A stretch of 64,000 nt of DNA from Gammaproteobacteria bacterium (GTDB lineage Bacteria; Pseudomonadota; Gammaproteobacteria; Eutrophobiales; Eutrophobiaceae), in the NCBI GenBank assembly GCA_016193395.1, contig JACPSH010000004.1:6549-70548 (forward strand). The letters run 5' to 3'. Below are positions 54,090 through 63,970 of the stretch, piece after piece (position 1 is the stretch's first letter; each line of letters opens with the position of its first letter). Both the position numbers and the translations under genes were made by a program. The notes below the pieces were generated by a model. It worked only from the letters and a program-made list of their open reading frames with translations. It was not told the DNA's origin and did no database searches.

Positions 54090-54761
54090 TCAGCTGTCGG
54101 CCTGGCGCAGGCTGAGATCCAGCTCGCGCAACCGCTCCAGGCTACCGACATCGATCCACCGGCCGGCAAAGCACTCGCCGGTGACTGCGTCGCGTTGCAT
54201 GGCCAAGCGCAGGACCGGCGCGAGGGGAAATGGGCCTTTCGGACAGTTTGCGAACAAATCCGGTCGGAAAACGCCTATTCCCGTGTAAGTAAGCAATTGC
54301 TCCCCCTTTTCGCGAACCTGCCGGCCCGACAGGGCAAAATCGCCGGCGCGATGATGCGGGGGGTTATCCACGAGAACGAGGTGGGCCAGGCCAACGGGGT
54401 TCGAGGGCAGGGTCGCGAAATCGAAGTCTGTCCAGATGTCGCCATTGGCAACGATAAAGGGTTCGGGTCCGAGAAGCGGCAACGCGCGGCTGATCCCCCC
54501 GCCCGTTTCAAGCGGCGTCGGACCTTCCGCGGAATACAGGATCTCGACACCGAACCCGGACCCGTCGCCGATTGCCGTCTCGATCCTCTCGCCCCGCGGT
54601 CCGTGGTTGATCACGATCCGCCCGATGCCGGCGCGCGCCAGCGCCTCGATGAGATATTGGATCAGCGGCTTGCCGCCGACCGGCAACAGCGGCTTGGGCA
54701 ACTCCTCCGTGAGCGGCCGCATGCGCGTGCCCAGGCCCGCGGCCAGGATCATGGCGTGCAT
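54090..54761 (-). CDS. murU: N-acetylmuramate alpha-1-phosphate uridylyltransferase MurU-like nucleotidyltransferase
   Basis: MHAMILAAGLGTRMRPLTEELPKPLLPVGGKPLI (alternative ATG at 54752); about 223 aa. It is similar in pattern to the Pseudomonas MurU I recall. Confidence 0.75.
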   Translation of the reverse strand: MHAMILAAGLGTRMRPLTEELPKPLLPVGGKPLIQYLIEALARAGIGRIVINHGPRGERIETAIGDGSGFGVEILYSAEGPTPLETGGGISRALPLLGPEPFIVANGDIWTDFDFATLPSNPVGLAHLVLVDNPPHHRAGDFALSGRQVREKGEQLLTYTGIGVFRPDLFANCPKGPFPLAPVLRLAMQRDAVTGECFAGRWIDVGSLERLRELDLSLRQADS

Positions 54762-54877
54762 GGCAGAATGCCGGATGGCCTTGTCATTGCCATCCCCGGG
54801 GTTATTGGTTGAAATAGGATCAGCATGACCCATTCCATCGCTTCTTCAAGCGCCGCGCGGCGCCGGCCATTGTCCTG

Positions 54878-55885
54878 ATGGCCGTCCGTCCGCGCCAGCG
54901 GAACCGTCCCCATACCGCGGCCGAGCGGATGATCGCGCTGGGCCGGGCTGTCATTGAAATCGAAACCGAGGCTGTCCAGGCGCTCTCCGGGCGGATCGAC
55001 GACAATTTCGTGGCCGCTTGCCAGTGCATCCTCGACTGCCGCGGCCGCACGGTCGTGATTGGCATGGGCAAATCCGGGCATGTCGCGAGCAAAATTGCCG
55101 CCACGCTCGCCAGCACCGGCACCCCTGCGTTTTTCGTCCATCCCGGCGAGGCCAGCCACGGCGATCTCGGCATGATCACCGCCGACGACGTAATCATTGC
55201 ATTGTCGAACTCCGGAGAGACGGATGAAATCATCACCTTGTTGCCGGTCATCAAACGCATCGGCGTACGCCTGATTGCGCTGACCGGCAATCCGCGATCG
55301 GCGCTGGCGCGCGCGGCGACGGTGAACATCGATGTCAGTGTGCAGCGGGAGGCCTGCCCGCTTGGGCTGGCCCCGACCGCCAGCACTTCTGCCGCACTCG
55401 TCATGGGAGATGCCATCGCCATCGCACTGCTGGAGGCGCGCGGGTTCAGCGAGCGGGACTTCGCCCTGTCGCATCCCGGCGGCACGCTCGGCCGGCGGCT
55501 GCTGCTACGCGTGAGCGACATCATGCACACCGGGGAGACCATGCCGCGCGTGTCCGCGGAAACCCCGCTCCTGTCCGCGCTGCTGGTCATGACGCACAGG
55601 GGCCTCGGCGTGACCGCCATAGTTGACGTCGAGGATCGCGTCACCGGGATCTTCACCGACGGCGATCTACGGCGCACGCTGGATGCCGGAATTGACGTGC
55701 GCGCGACGACTGTCGGCCGCGTGATGACCCGCAAGCCCAGGACCATCGGCGCCGATGCCCTGGCTGCCGAAGCGCTGCGACTCATGGAAACACAGAAGAT
55801 CAACGCATTGCTGGTCGTCGATGAAGCCAGCCGGCTCATCGGCGTGCTCAACATGCACGATCTGCTCCGTGCCCGCGTCGTCTGA
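54878..55885 (+). CDS. kdsD: Arabinose-5-phosphate isomerase KdsD (SIS + tandem CBS)
   Basis: SIS motif VIGMGKSGHV, GTPAFFVHPGEASHGDLG, and C-terminal CBS pairs. Confidence 0.9.
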   Translation: MAVRPRQRNRPHTAAERMIALGRAVIEIETEAVQALSGRIDDNFVAACQCILDCRGRTVVIGMGKSGHVASKIAATLASTGTPAFFVHPGEASHGDLGMITADDVIIALSNSGETDEIITLLPVIKRIGVRLIALTGNPRSALARAATVNIDVSVQREACPLGLAPTASTSAALVMGDAIAIALLEARGFSERDFALSHPGGTLGRRLLLRVSDIMHTGETMPRVSAETPLLSALLVMTHRGLGVTAIVDVEDRVTGIFTDGDLRRTLDAGIDVRATTVGRVMTRKPRTIGADALAAEALRLMETQKINALLVVDEASRLIGVLNMHDLLRARVV

Positions 55886-56417
55886 ACCCGACGATGACCT
55901 GCTCGACCGCGCCGCAGGCATCCGCCTGGCGGCGTTCGACGTGGATGGTGTGCTCACGGACGGCGGTCTGATCCTGGGCGCGGACGGTTCGGAGCACAAG
56001 GTTTTTCACGTGCATGACGGGCTCGGCCTGGTCATGCTGCGCGAGTCCGGGATCCAGGTCGCAGTCATCTCCGCGCGTGAATCGCGGGCGGTCGAGGAGC
56101 GCATGGCCGCACTCGGCATCGCGCATCTCTGCCTGGGCCAATCTGACAAGGGCGCGGCCCTCGCGAAACTGATGCGGGACCTCGGTATGTCGCGCGCGCA
56201 GACTGCCTACATGGGCGATGATCTGGTCGACTTGCCGGCGTTGACGCTCGCGGGGCTTGGCATCGCGGTAGCGGACGCCCACCCGCTGGTGCGCGAACGG
56301 GCCGCCTGGGTCACGCAAAAACCCGGCGGACGCGGCGCGGTGCGGGAGGCCTGCGAGCTCATCCTGAAGGCGCAGGGCAAGCTCGAGTCCTGCTACCGCC
56401 GTTTCCTCGGGCCATGA
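55869..56417 (+). CDS. kdsC: 3-deoxy-D-manno-octulosonate 8-phosphate phosphatase KdsC
   Basis: The GTG start overlaps the kdsD end. HAD motifs are FDVDGVLTDG and YMGDDLVDLP. Confidence 0.85.
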   Translation: MPASSEPDDDLLDRAAGIRLAAFDVDGVLTDGGLILGADGSEHKVFHVHDGLGLVMLRESGIQVAVISARESRAVEERMAALGIAHLCLGQSDKGAALAKLMRDLGMSRAQTAYMGDDLVDLPALTLAGLGIAVADAHPLVRERAAWVTQKPGGRGAVREACELILKAQGKLESCYRRFLGP

Positions 56418-56487
56418 CGCGGAACCCGGCACGGAATCCGCATTCTAAAACGATGCAACGCCCCGATTCAGCGCCCGCCGCCGTCCA

Positions 56488-57075
56488 ATGAGTCAGCGCA
56501 GCTTGATGATCTCGGTCCTGTTTGTCGCCGCAGTCGCCAGCGTGTGGCTGCTCAGGCGGCTCTCGGAGGAGCAGACCGGCGTGGGTGAGCAGTTCTTCCA
56601 CGACCCGGATTACTACATGGAAGACTTTACGACGTTGAGCATGGACACGGACGGTACGCCGAAGAACCGGCTGTACGCCGTCTACATGGCGCATTACCCG
56701 GACGACGATACGACCGAACTTCTGCAACCGAAACTGGAAATCTACCGGATCGAACGGCCGCCGCTGTTCATTACCGCCGAAAAGGGCTGGGTCACGCGGA
56801 ACAACGACGTGATCCTGCTGCGGGGGAGCGTGCGCCTGTGGGAAGATGACGAGCTCGGGAAACGGACGCTGCAGGTGGATACCACCGACGTGCGCGTGCT
56901 GTTGAACGACGAATATGCGGAAACCGATCAGCCGGCCATCATCGTTTCGAAGCGCAGCACCATCCGGGGCGCAGGCATACGCGCCTGGATGAAGGAAAAC
57001 CGACTGGAAGTTCTCAGGCATGAGCGGACCACGATCGAACAGGCGCCCGGAGCGGCGATTGAAACAGCACGGTAA
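56488..57075 (+). CDS. lptC: LPS export system protein LptC
   Basis: It has an N-terminal TM anchor, a ~190-aa OstA-like fold pattern, and a conserved position between kdsC and lptA. Confidence 0.8.
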   Translation: MSQRSLMISVLFVAAVASVWLLRRLSEEQTGVGEQFFHDPDYYMEDFTTLSMDTDGTPKNRLYAVYMAHYPDDDTTELLQPKLEIYRIERPPLFITAEKGWVTRNNDVILLRGSVRLWEDDELGKRTLQVDTTDVRVLLNDEYAETDQPAIIVSKRSTIRGAGIRAWMKENRLEVLRHERTTIEQAPGAAIETAR

Positions 57076-57607
57076 AGCGATCCTATGCGCGGCGGCGGGA
57101 CTCATCTGGATGCTTTTCAGCCTCCCCGCGCTGGCGCTGTCCACCGACAGCGACCAGCCGATCGAGGTTGAGGCGGATTCCGCCGAACTCGACGACATCA
57201 AGAACGTCAGCATTTACCGGGGCAACGTCATCGTCGTCCAGGGCAGCATACGCATGACCGGGGAAATCATGACCGTCTACCACACGGAGTCCGACGAACT
57301 GCAGGACCTGATCCTGGAGGGCAGTCCGGCCACGTACCGGCAAATGCCGGACAAGGGCACGGTCTACGACACGGCCGAGGCCCTGCGCATGGAATACCAC
57401 GAGACGAAGAGCCTGGTCGTGTTGATCGACAAGGCCCTGGTGACGCAGGAGGGCCTGCGTTTCAGCGGCGATCGGATCGAATACGACACCGCGCTCAGTC
57501 AGGTGAAAGCGTGGAGCAAACCGCGCGCCGAGACCGAGCAGGAGGCGACGAACGGCGGCCGCGTCAAGATCATCATCAAGAAAAAGAAGGACACAACCGC
57601 CCCCTGA
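57059..57607 (+). CDS. lptA: LPS transport periplasmic protein LptA
   Basis: The TTG at 57059 gives the signal peptide MKQHGKAILCAAAGLIWMLFSLPALALS (the track ATG at 57020 is the alternative). It has the DQPIEVEADSAELDD OstA N-terminal motif. Confidence 0.85.
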   Translation: MKQHGKAILCAAAGLIWMLFSLPALALSTDSDQPIEVEADSAELDDIKNVSIYRGNVIVVQGSIRMTGEIMTVYHTESDELQDLILEGSPATYRQMPDKGTVYDTAEALRMEYHETKSLVVLIDKALVTQEGLRFSGDRIEYDTALSQVKAWSKPRAETEQEATNGGRVKIIIKKKKDTTAP

Positions 57608-57664
57608 GACCAGCGCGGCAACCTCCCGCCCGCGCCGGGCATCAAGGCCATACGACAGCGACCC

Positions 57665-58390
57665 ATGAGCCTTCTCACCGTTCGCCATATCTCCAAGAGT
57701 TTTCGCAAGCGGCAGGTTCTGCACGACGTCAGCCTGACGGTCAACAGCGGTGAGATCGTCGGACTGCTCGGCCCGAACGGCGCCGGAAAAACCACGAGTT
57801 TCCACATGATCGTGGGACTCATTCCGTGCGATGAGGGCAATATTCAGTTGAACGACCGGGAGATCAGCCAGCTGACCATGGACCGCCGTGCGCGGCTCGG
57901 GCTCGGCTATCTGCCGCAGGAGTCGTCGATCTTCCGCAAACTCACCGTGGAGGAGAATATCCTCGCGATCCTTGAGACGCGTCCCGGGCTGAGCGAAGAG
58001 GTGACACGGCAGCGCCTCGAGCGGCTGCTGGAAGAGTTTCACGTGGCGCACCTGCGCGACAACTTGGGTTTCAGCCTGTCAGGGGGTGAACGCCGGCGCG
58101 TGGAGATCGCCCGTGCCCTTGCCATGCAACCGCGCTTTCTTCTGCTCGACGAGCCCTTCGCGGGCATCGACCCGATCTCCATCACGGACATCCAGCGCAT
58201 GATGCGCTACCTCGCCGAGATGGGGCTGGGCGTCCTGGTGACCGATCACAACGTCCGGGAGATGCTCGGCACCTGCGACCGGGCCTACATCGTCAACGAC
58301 GGCATTATCATCGCCGAGGGGACCGCGGACCAGATACTCCATAACGCGCGCGTGCGCGAAGTCTACCTGGGCGAGCAGTTTCGGCTGTAA
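57665..58390 (+). CDS. lptB: LPS export ABC transporter ATP-binding protein LptB
   Basis: Walker [10 protein letters not shown], signature LSGGERRR and Walker B LLLDEP. Confidence 0.95.
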   Translation: MSLLTVRHISKSFRKRQVLHDVSLTVNSGEIVGLLGPNGAGKTTSFHMIVGLIPCDEGNIQLNDREISQLTMDRRARLGLGYLPQESSIFRKLTVEENILAILETRPGLSEEVTRQRLERLLEEFHVAHLRDNLGFSLSGGERRRVEIARALAMQPRFLLLDEPFAGIDPISITDIQRMMRYLAEMGLGVLVTDHNVREMLGTCDRAYIVNDGIIIAEGTADQILHNARVREVYLGEQFRL

Positions 58391-58449
58391 TCCACGCGGC
58401 ACCTGGGCCTGGCCCGGCAGCCCGTCTTTTTGCGTTAAAATCACACTTC

Positions 58450-59919
58450 ATGAAGCCCTCACTGCAACTCAGGCTCGGCCAGAGCCTGACCATGACGCCA
58501 CAGCTGCAGCAGGCCATCCGCCTGCTGCAGTTGTCCAGTACCGAGCTGCAGACCGAGATCCAGGACGCGCTTGAGTCGAACATGATGCTCGAGCTGGACG
58601 AGGACGAGGAGGACGAGGAGGCGCCGCCGGCACAGGCCGAAACCGCCGCCGAGGAGACCGTGGAGGCGGCAAACGTCGAAGAGGCCGCCGCGGAAGAGGG
58701 ACACGACGACATCCCCGAGGACCTGCCCGTGGACACGGTCTGGGACGACATCTATGACGGCGGACCGGCGATCGGGCGCGGCCCGGCGTCCGGCGTGGAC
58801 TCCCACGATTTCGAGGAGCGCGACGCGAAGGAGAGCAGCTTGCGCGAACACCTGCTCTGGCAATTGAACCTCACCTCGACCTCGGACGCCGACTGGACCA
58901 TCGCGGCCGCGATCATCGACGCGCTCGACGACGACGGTTACCTGAGTTGCAGCCTCGAGGATATCCGCGAGGTACTCGCCCGCGACATGCCGGTGGAGCT
59001 CCAGGAAATCGAAGCCGTGCTGCATCTCGTGCAGGCCATGGAACCGACCGGGGTGGGCGCCCGCGACCTGAGGGAGTGCCTGAGCCTGCAACTGGCGCAG
59101 TGGCCGCCGGAAACGCCATGGCGCGGGGAGGCGCTGCAACTGGTCGGACATCACCTGGACGTGCTGGCCGCGCATGACTTCGGCATGCTGATGCGGCGCA
59201 TGAAACTGAAGCGCGACGAATTGCAGAAGGTCGTCGCGCTGATCCAGTCCCTGAACCCGCGCCCCGGGGGACAGGTGCAGGACTACCACACGCAGTACAT
59301 CGTCCCGGACGTGTACGTGCGCAAGGACAAGGGCGTGTGGCGGGTCGAGCTCAACACGGATGTCGTCCCGCACCTGCGCATCAACTCGAATTACATGGGC
59401 ATGATCCGGCGCGCCGACAGCAGCGCGGACAATAGCTCGCTCAAGGCACACCTGCAGGAGGCGCGCTGGCTGATCAAGAGCCTGCAGAGCCGCAGCGAAA
59501 CGCTGCTGCGGGTGGCCACCTGCATCGTCGAACACCAGCGCGCGTTCCTCGAGCACGGCGACGAGGCTATGCGACCACTGGTGCTGCACGATGTCGCCGA
59601 GGCGCTGGGCATGCACGAATCCACCATCTCGAGGGTGACGACACGCAAGTACATGCACACGCCGCGCGGCATCTTCGAGCTCAAGTATTTCTTCTCCAGC
59701 CACGTCGGCACTGATGCGGGCGGGGCGTGTTCCTCCACGGCGATCCGCGCGCTGATCCGCAAACTGATCACGGCCGAGAAACCGGAAAAACCGCTAAGCG
59801 ACAGCAAGATCGCGACGCTGCTGTCGGGACAGGGGATCAACGTCGCGCGCCGGACCGTGGCCAAGTACCGCGAAGGCATGACGATCCCGCCCTCGAACGA
59901 GCGCAAGCGGCTGGTCTGA
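58450..59919 (+). CDS. rpoN: RNA polymerase sigma-54 factor
   Basis: N-terminal [29 protein letters not shown], an acidic region II, and a C-terminal RpoN box ARRTVAKYR. Confidence 0.95.
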   Translation: MKPSLQLRLGQSLTMTPQLQQAIRLLQLSSTELQTEIQDALESNMMLELDEDEEDEEAPPAQAETAAEETVEAANVEEAAAEEGHDDIPEDLPVDTVWDDIYDGGPAIGRGPASGVDSHDFEERDAKESSLREHLLWQLNLTSTSDADWTIAAAIIDALDDDGYLSCSLEDIREVLARDMPVELQEIEAVLHLVQAMEPTGVGARDLRECLSLQLAQWPPETPWRGEALQLVGHHLDVLAAHDFGMLMRRMKLKRDELQKVVALIQSLNPRPGGQVQDYHTQYIVPDVYVRKDKGVWRVELNTDVVPHLRINSNYMGMIRRADSSADNSSLKAHLQEARWLIKSLQSRSETLLRVATCIVEHQRAFLEHGDEAMRPLVLHDVAEALGMHESTISRVTTRKYMHTPRGIFELKYFFSSHVGTDAGGACSSTAIRALIRKLITAEKPEKPLSDSKIATLLSGQGINVARRTVAKYREGMTIPPSNERKRLV

Positions 59920-59983
59920 AACCCGTCCCGCGCGGTCACGGCATGCGACGCGCAATCCGATTACCTGACACGGGGAGAATACG

Positions 59984-60292
59984 ATGCAGATAAACGTTAC
60001 GGGGCACCACGTCGATCTGACGCCGGCGCTGCGCACCTATGTCGAAGGCAAATTCGGGCGGCTCGAACGCCACTCCGACAGCCTCATCAGCGTGCACGTG
60101 ATCCTCAGCGTTGAGAAGGAACGGCACAGGGCCGAGGCGACCATACAGGTGACGCGCGGAAACCTGTTCGCAGACGCGGAGCACGATGACATGTATGCCG
60201 CCATCGACGGCCTGATCGACAAGCTCGATCGCCAGATCAAGAAGCACAAGGAGAAACTCACGGAACACCACCGCGAGGAGTCGGGGCGCTGA
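59984..60292 (+). CDS. hpf: Ribosome hibernation promoting factor (short HPF / sigma-54 modulation protein)
   Basis: MQINVTGHHVDLTPALRTYVEGKFGRLERH; 102 aa. Confidence 0.9.
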   Translation: MQINVTGHHVDLTPALRTYVEGKFGRLERHSDSLISVHVILSVEKERHRAEATIQVTRGNLFADAEHDDMYAAIDGLIDKLDRQIKKHKEKLTEHHREESGR

Positions 60293-60356
60293 CGACAGGC
60301 CTCAAGGCTGTCGCCGAACGGCGCGCCCCGGCCCCAAGCCCGGCTTCACTTCGAGC

Positions 60357-61235
60357 ATGAGCAGCAACATGCCTTTGCAACGCAGGTTCGTGGTCGTCAG
60401 CGGTTTGTCCGGCGCCGGCAAGTCCGTGGTCCTGAACACGCTGGAGGACTTGGGGTTCTACTGCATCGACAACCTGCCGGTCAGCCTGCTCGATGCGCTC
60501 ATCGGCCAACTCCGCGATCGTGACGGCGGACTGCCGCCGCAGATCGGTGTAGGCATCGACGCGCGCAACCCCCAGCCCGTGCTGCGCCGGCTTCCGGAAA
60601 CACTGGACAAGATCCGGCGCGAGGGGACGCTGCTGGAGGTCGTGTTCCTGGAGGCCAACGCGGACGTCCTGACCAAGCGCTTCAGCGAGACGCGGCGGCG
60701 CCATCCACTGTCGTCCGACGTCGTGGCGCTCACCGACGCCATCGACCAGGAGCGGACGCTGCTCGGTCCGCTGTGCGAAATGGCGGACCTGCGCATCGAC
60801 ACGAGTCAGACCGCCCTGCACGAGCTGCGCGACCTCGTCCGCGAGCGGATCGCCCGGCGACCGGCAACGGCCCTGTCGATGCAGTTTGTGTCCTTCGGAT
60901 ACAAACACGGCACGCCCCGCGATTCGGATTTCGTGTTCGACGTGCGGTGCCTGCCGAACCCGCACTGGGAGAAGGAGCTGCGCAACCTGTCCGGCCTGGA
61001 GAAACCGGTGATCGAGTTTCTGATGGCGGCGCCGGACGTGATGCGCATGATCGACGACATCCGCGTTTTCCTGGAGACCTGGATCCCGCGCTTCGAGGCG
61101 GATAACCGCAGCTATCTGTGCGTGGCCATCGGCTGCACCGGTGGCCATCACCGTTCCGTGTTCATGGTGGAGCAGCTCGCGCGGCACTTCCGCGCGGCGG
61201 GCAAGCCTATCCTGGTGAAGCACCGGGACCTTTAA
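60357..61235 (+). CDS. rapZ: RNase adapter protein RapZ (YhbJ)
   Basis: Walker A GLSGAGKS, a DVRCLPNPHW block, and GCTGGHHRSV. Confidence 0.9.
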   Translation: MSSNMPLQRRFVVVSGLSGAGKSVVLNTLEDLGFYCIDNLPVSLLDALIGQLRDRDGGLPPQIGVGIDARNPQPVLRRLPETLDKIRREGTLLEVVFLEANADVLTKRFSETRRRHPLSSDVVALTDAIDQERTLLGPLCEMADLRIDTSQTALHELRDLVRERIARRPATALSMQFVSFGYKHGTPRDSDFVFDVRCLPNPHWEKELRNLSGLEKPVIEFLMAAPDVMRMIDDIRVFLETWIPRFEADNRSYLCVAIGCTGGHHRSVFMVEQLARHFRAAGKPILVKHRDL

Positions 61236-61236
61236 C

Positions 61237-61506
61237 ATGCTGCGCAAGACCCTCACGCTCATCAACAAGCTCGGCCTGCATGCGCGCGCCGCGGCGAACT
61301 TCGTCAAGCTCGCGTCCGGCTACGACTGCGAGATCTCCGTGTCGCACAACGCCAAGAAGGTGAACGGGAAGAGCATCATGGGCATGATGATGCTGGCCGC
61401 CGCCCAGGGGAGCGACATCGAGATTACCACCTCCGGGCGCGATGAAACGCGCGCGATGGAGGAGCTCGGAGACCTGATCCAGAACCGCTTTGGGGAAGGC
61501 GAATGA
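61237..61506 (+). CDS. ptsO: HPr-family phosphocarrier protein (NPr-like)
   Basis: 89 aa, with the active-site His context NKLGLHARAAA. Confidence 0.85.
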   Translation: MLRKTLTLINKLGLHARAAANFVKLASGYDCEISVSHNAKKVNGKSIMGMMMLAAAQGSDIEITTSGRDETRAMEELGDLIQNRFGEGE

Positions 61507-63248
61507 CCATTGCCCTGCACGGCCTCGGCGTGTCGCGCGGCATCGCCATCGGTAAGGTCCATATCATCGAACGGGGTCAACTCGACATCCCCGAATACGA
61601 AATTGAGGCGGCGCAGGTGAACGCCGAGATCGCGCGCCTCGAGCAGGCAGTGGCGGCTGCCAAGCATCAGTTGCGAGCGATCCGCGAGCATATCCCGGCC
61701 GCCACGGCCGCCGAGATTACCGCCTTCATCGATACGCATCTGCTCATGCTGGACGACACCGCGCTGATCCACGAACCGTTCCGTCTCATCCGCGAGCGCC
61801 GGTACAACGCGGAGCATGCCCTGCAGGTGCAGCGCGACACGCTGGTCGGCATCTTCGAGGAAATGGATGACGCCTACCTGCGCACGCGCCGTGATGACGT
61901 GGTGCATGTCGTGAGCCGCATCCAGCGCATCTTGTTGAAGCATACGCCGCTGAAGCATGAGGAACTGGATAGCCGCCTGGGCGGCTACGTGGTGCTGGCG
62001 GACGACCTGACGCCGGCCGACACGGTGCTGATGCAGCACCTCGGCATCGCCGCGTTCGCCACCGAGTACGGCGGGCCGACCTCGCACACCGCGATCCTGG
62101 CGCGCAGCCTGGGCATCCCGTCCATCGTCGGCCTGCACCAGGCGCGCCGCTACGTGCGCGAGGACGACCAGGTCATCGTCGACGGCGTCCGCGGCATCAT
62201 GCTGGTCGCACCGGACGAGTCAAGCCTCACCTACTACCGCGCGCGACGCGAGGAAGACCAGCGCTACCAGTCGGAACTCATCCATCTCAAGGGCGTACCG
62301 GCGCGCACGCGCGACGGGGTCGACATCGAGCTGCAGGCGAACATCGAGCTGCCGCGGGACTTCGAGACGGTGCTGCAGGTGGGCGCCGCCGGCGTCGGCC
62401 TGTACCGCACCGAATTCCTGTACATGAACCGCGAAACCGCGCCGGAGGAGGAAGAGCATTTCCAGACCTACGTGCAGGTCATCAAGATCCTGAGCGGCCT
62501 GCCGCTGACCATCCGCACCTTTGACCTCGGCGCGGACAAACAGGTCGATGGCGGCCGGCGGGCGGGGCCGGTCCAGTCCAACCCCGCCCTGGGACTGCGC
62601 GCCATCCGGCTGTGCCTGAAGGAACCCGCGCTGTTTCGTCCTCAGCTGCGCGCGATCTTCCGCGCCTCGGCGCTTGGCCCGGTCCGCCTGCTGATCCCGA
62701 TGCTGTCCAATACGCTGGAGATGGAGCAGGTGCTGGGGATCATCGACGAGATCCGGCGCGATCTCGATGCGGCCGGGGTGAAATACGATCCCAAGCTGCC
62801 GGTCGGCGCCATGATCGAAGTGCCCGCCGCGGCGGTCTGCGCCGACATTTTCGCCCGGCGCCTGGATTTCCTTTCCATCGGCACCAACGACCTCATCCAG
62901 TACACCATCGCCATCGACCGCGTGAACGACGAGGTCAATTACCTGTATGACCCGCTGCACCCCGCCGTGCTGCGCCTTATACACAACACGCTCGAGGCTG
63001 GGCGCGCGGCGAACAAACCGGTGGCGATGTGCGGGGAAATGGCGGGCGACAAACGCCATGCGCGCCTGCTGCTCGGGCTGGGATTGCGCAGCTTCAGCGT
63101 GCACCCGGCCAATCTGCTGGAGGTGAAGAAGACGATCATGGACAGCGATCTTGCGTCGCTGACGCAGCTTGCGGCGCGCGCCCTGAAGGCGAACAGCGGC
63201 GCGGAGGTCGCGGCCATGCTGGAAGCAGAAACCGGGGTAGATAGTTGA
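61503..63248 (+). CDS. ptsP: Phosphoenolpyruvate-protein phosphotransferase (Enzyme I; no N-terminal GAF domain)
   Basis: 581 aa, with the phospho-His motif GGPTSHTAILARSLGIP and a PEP-utilising C-terminal TIM barrel (SIGTNDLIQY, CGEMAG). Confidence 0.9.
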   Translation: MTIALHGLGVSRGIAIGKVHIIERGQLDIPEYEIEAAQVNAEIARLEQAVAAAKHQLRAIREHIPAATAAEITAFIDTHLLMLDDTALIHEPFRLIRERRYNAEHALQVQRDTLVGIFEEMDDAYLRTRRDDVVHVVSRIQRILLKHTPLKHEELDSRLGGYVVLADDLTPADTVLMQHLGIAAFATEYGGPTSHTAILARSLGIPSIVGLHQARRYVREDDQVIVDGVRGIMLVAPDESSLTYYRARREEDQRYQSELIHLKGVPARTRDGVDIELQANIELPRDFETVLQVGAAGVGLYRTEFLYMNRETAPEEEEHFQTYVQVIKILSGLPLTIRTFDLGADKQVDGGRRAGPVQSNPALGLRAIRLCLKEPALFRPQLRAIFRASALGPVRLLIPMLSNTLEMEQVLGIIDEIRRDLDAAGVKYDPKLPVGAMIEVPAAAVCADIFARRLDFLSIGTNDLIQYTIAIDRVNDEVNYLYDPLHPAVLRLIHNTLEAGRAANKPVAMCGEMAGDKRHARLLLGLGLRSFSVHPANLLEVKKTIMDSDLASLTQLAARALKANSGAEVAAMLEAETGVDS

Positions 63249-63260
63249 CTAAAGCGAGGT

Positions 63261-63626
63261 GCGGTACAGGGATGTACTGCCATTTTCAGTGGCTGCAAGC
63301 CACTGAAAATGAAGGTAAGCGAAAATCACACTTTTCGTGCTGACCGCCACGGATGGCGGGAATGCAGAAATGGCAGGAGCACATTTCTGCCGTGCTCTGA
63401 CAGGTCCAGAGCCTGTCCCCGCGCAGGCGGGGAATGGACTTGTCAGAGCGAGAACCTAACAGGATGTTGAAAAACGATTTCCATATCGTTTTTCAACACG
63501 CAAAGCGAAAATGCGATTTCCGCTTTGCTTCATTTTCCAAGCACTTACAGTGCTTGGAAAATGCCAGTGCATCCCTGCACCGGGCACAGGCTGTCGAAAA
63601 ACAAGGTTTTTCAACAGCCTGCTAAC
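63261..63626 (+). repeat. Run of ~12 consecutive distinct stem-loops, including copy 2 of the 156-nt module (63466-63621)
   Basis: Perfect stems of 13-15 bp lie at 63281-63311, 63466-63497 and 63531-63563. A compound hairpin lies at 63394-63449. No credible ORF is present, and the stretch is visibly lower in GC than its flanks. Confidence 0.85.
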
Positions 63627-63628
63627 GA

Positions 63629-63970
63629 CTACCAGCTCAGGATCACCCATTGCGGAACGACGAAATCGTCGTAGATCTCGCTCATCCTTGACTCCATCCG
63701 GCCGTCGCCGTCCCGGTCGATAAGGTAATAGGGTGGACCGAACTTCGGCGTGATTTTGACCATGTACATGCGGCCGTTGATGCGGTACTCCTCGATCAGC
63801 TGCTCTTCGCGCCGGATGATGGTTACCTCCGGCTCGATGGGCTGGCCGTCCTGGAGCCGCTGCGGCAGTTCCGGCGGTTCGGGAACCTCCTCGAACTTCT
63901 CCTCTTCGGCGGCGTACGCGAACGGCGACGCCAAGAGCAAGATCAGCGCCAGCAGGCTGTTGTTGTTCAT
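63629..63970 (-). CDS. DUF2782 family secreted protein
   Basis: It has a signal peptide and then IIRREEQLIEEYRINGRMYMVKITPKFGPPYYLIDRDGDG, the family signature as I recall it. Confidence 0.8.
   Translation of the reverse strand: MNNNSLLALILLLASPFAYAAEEEKFEEVPEPPELPQRLQDGQPIEPEVTIIRREEQLIEEYRINGRMYMVKITPKFGPPYYLIDRDGDGRMESRMSEIYDDFVVPQWVILSW

Noticed and set aside
63261-63626. Known structured RNAs (RNase P RNA, tmRNA, 6S RNA) or integron attC sites as an explanation of the hairpin run
   Set aside because: No RNase P conserved blocks, no tRNA-like ends or tag ORF of tmRNA, and no 6S-like central bubble were seen. The palindromes start GTTG... and end ...CAAC, the reverse of the attC arrangement (RYYYAAC...GTTRRRY), and no integrase is nearby. 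None has the T-run of an intrinsic terminator.
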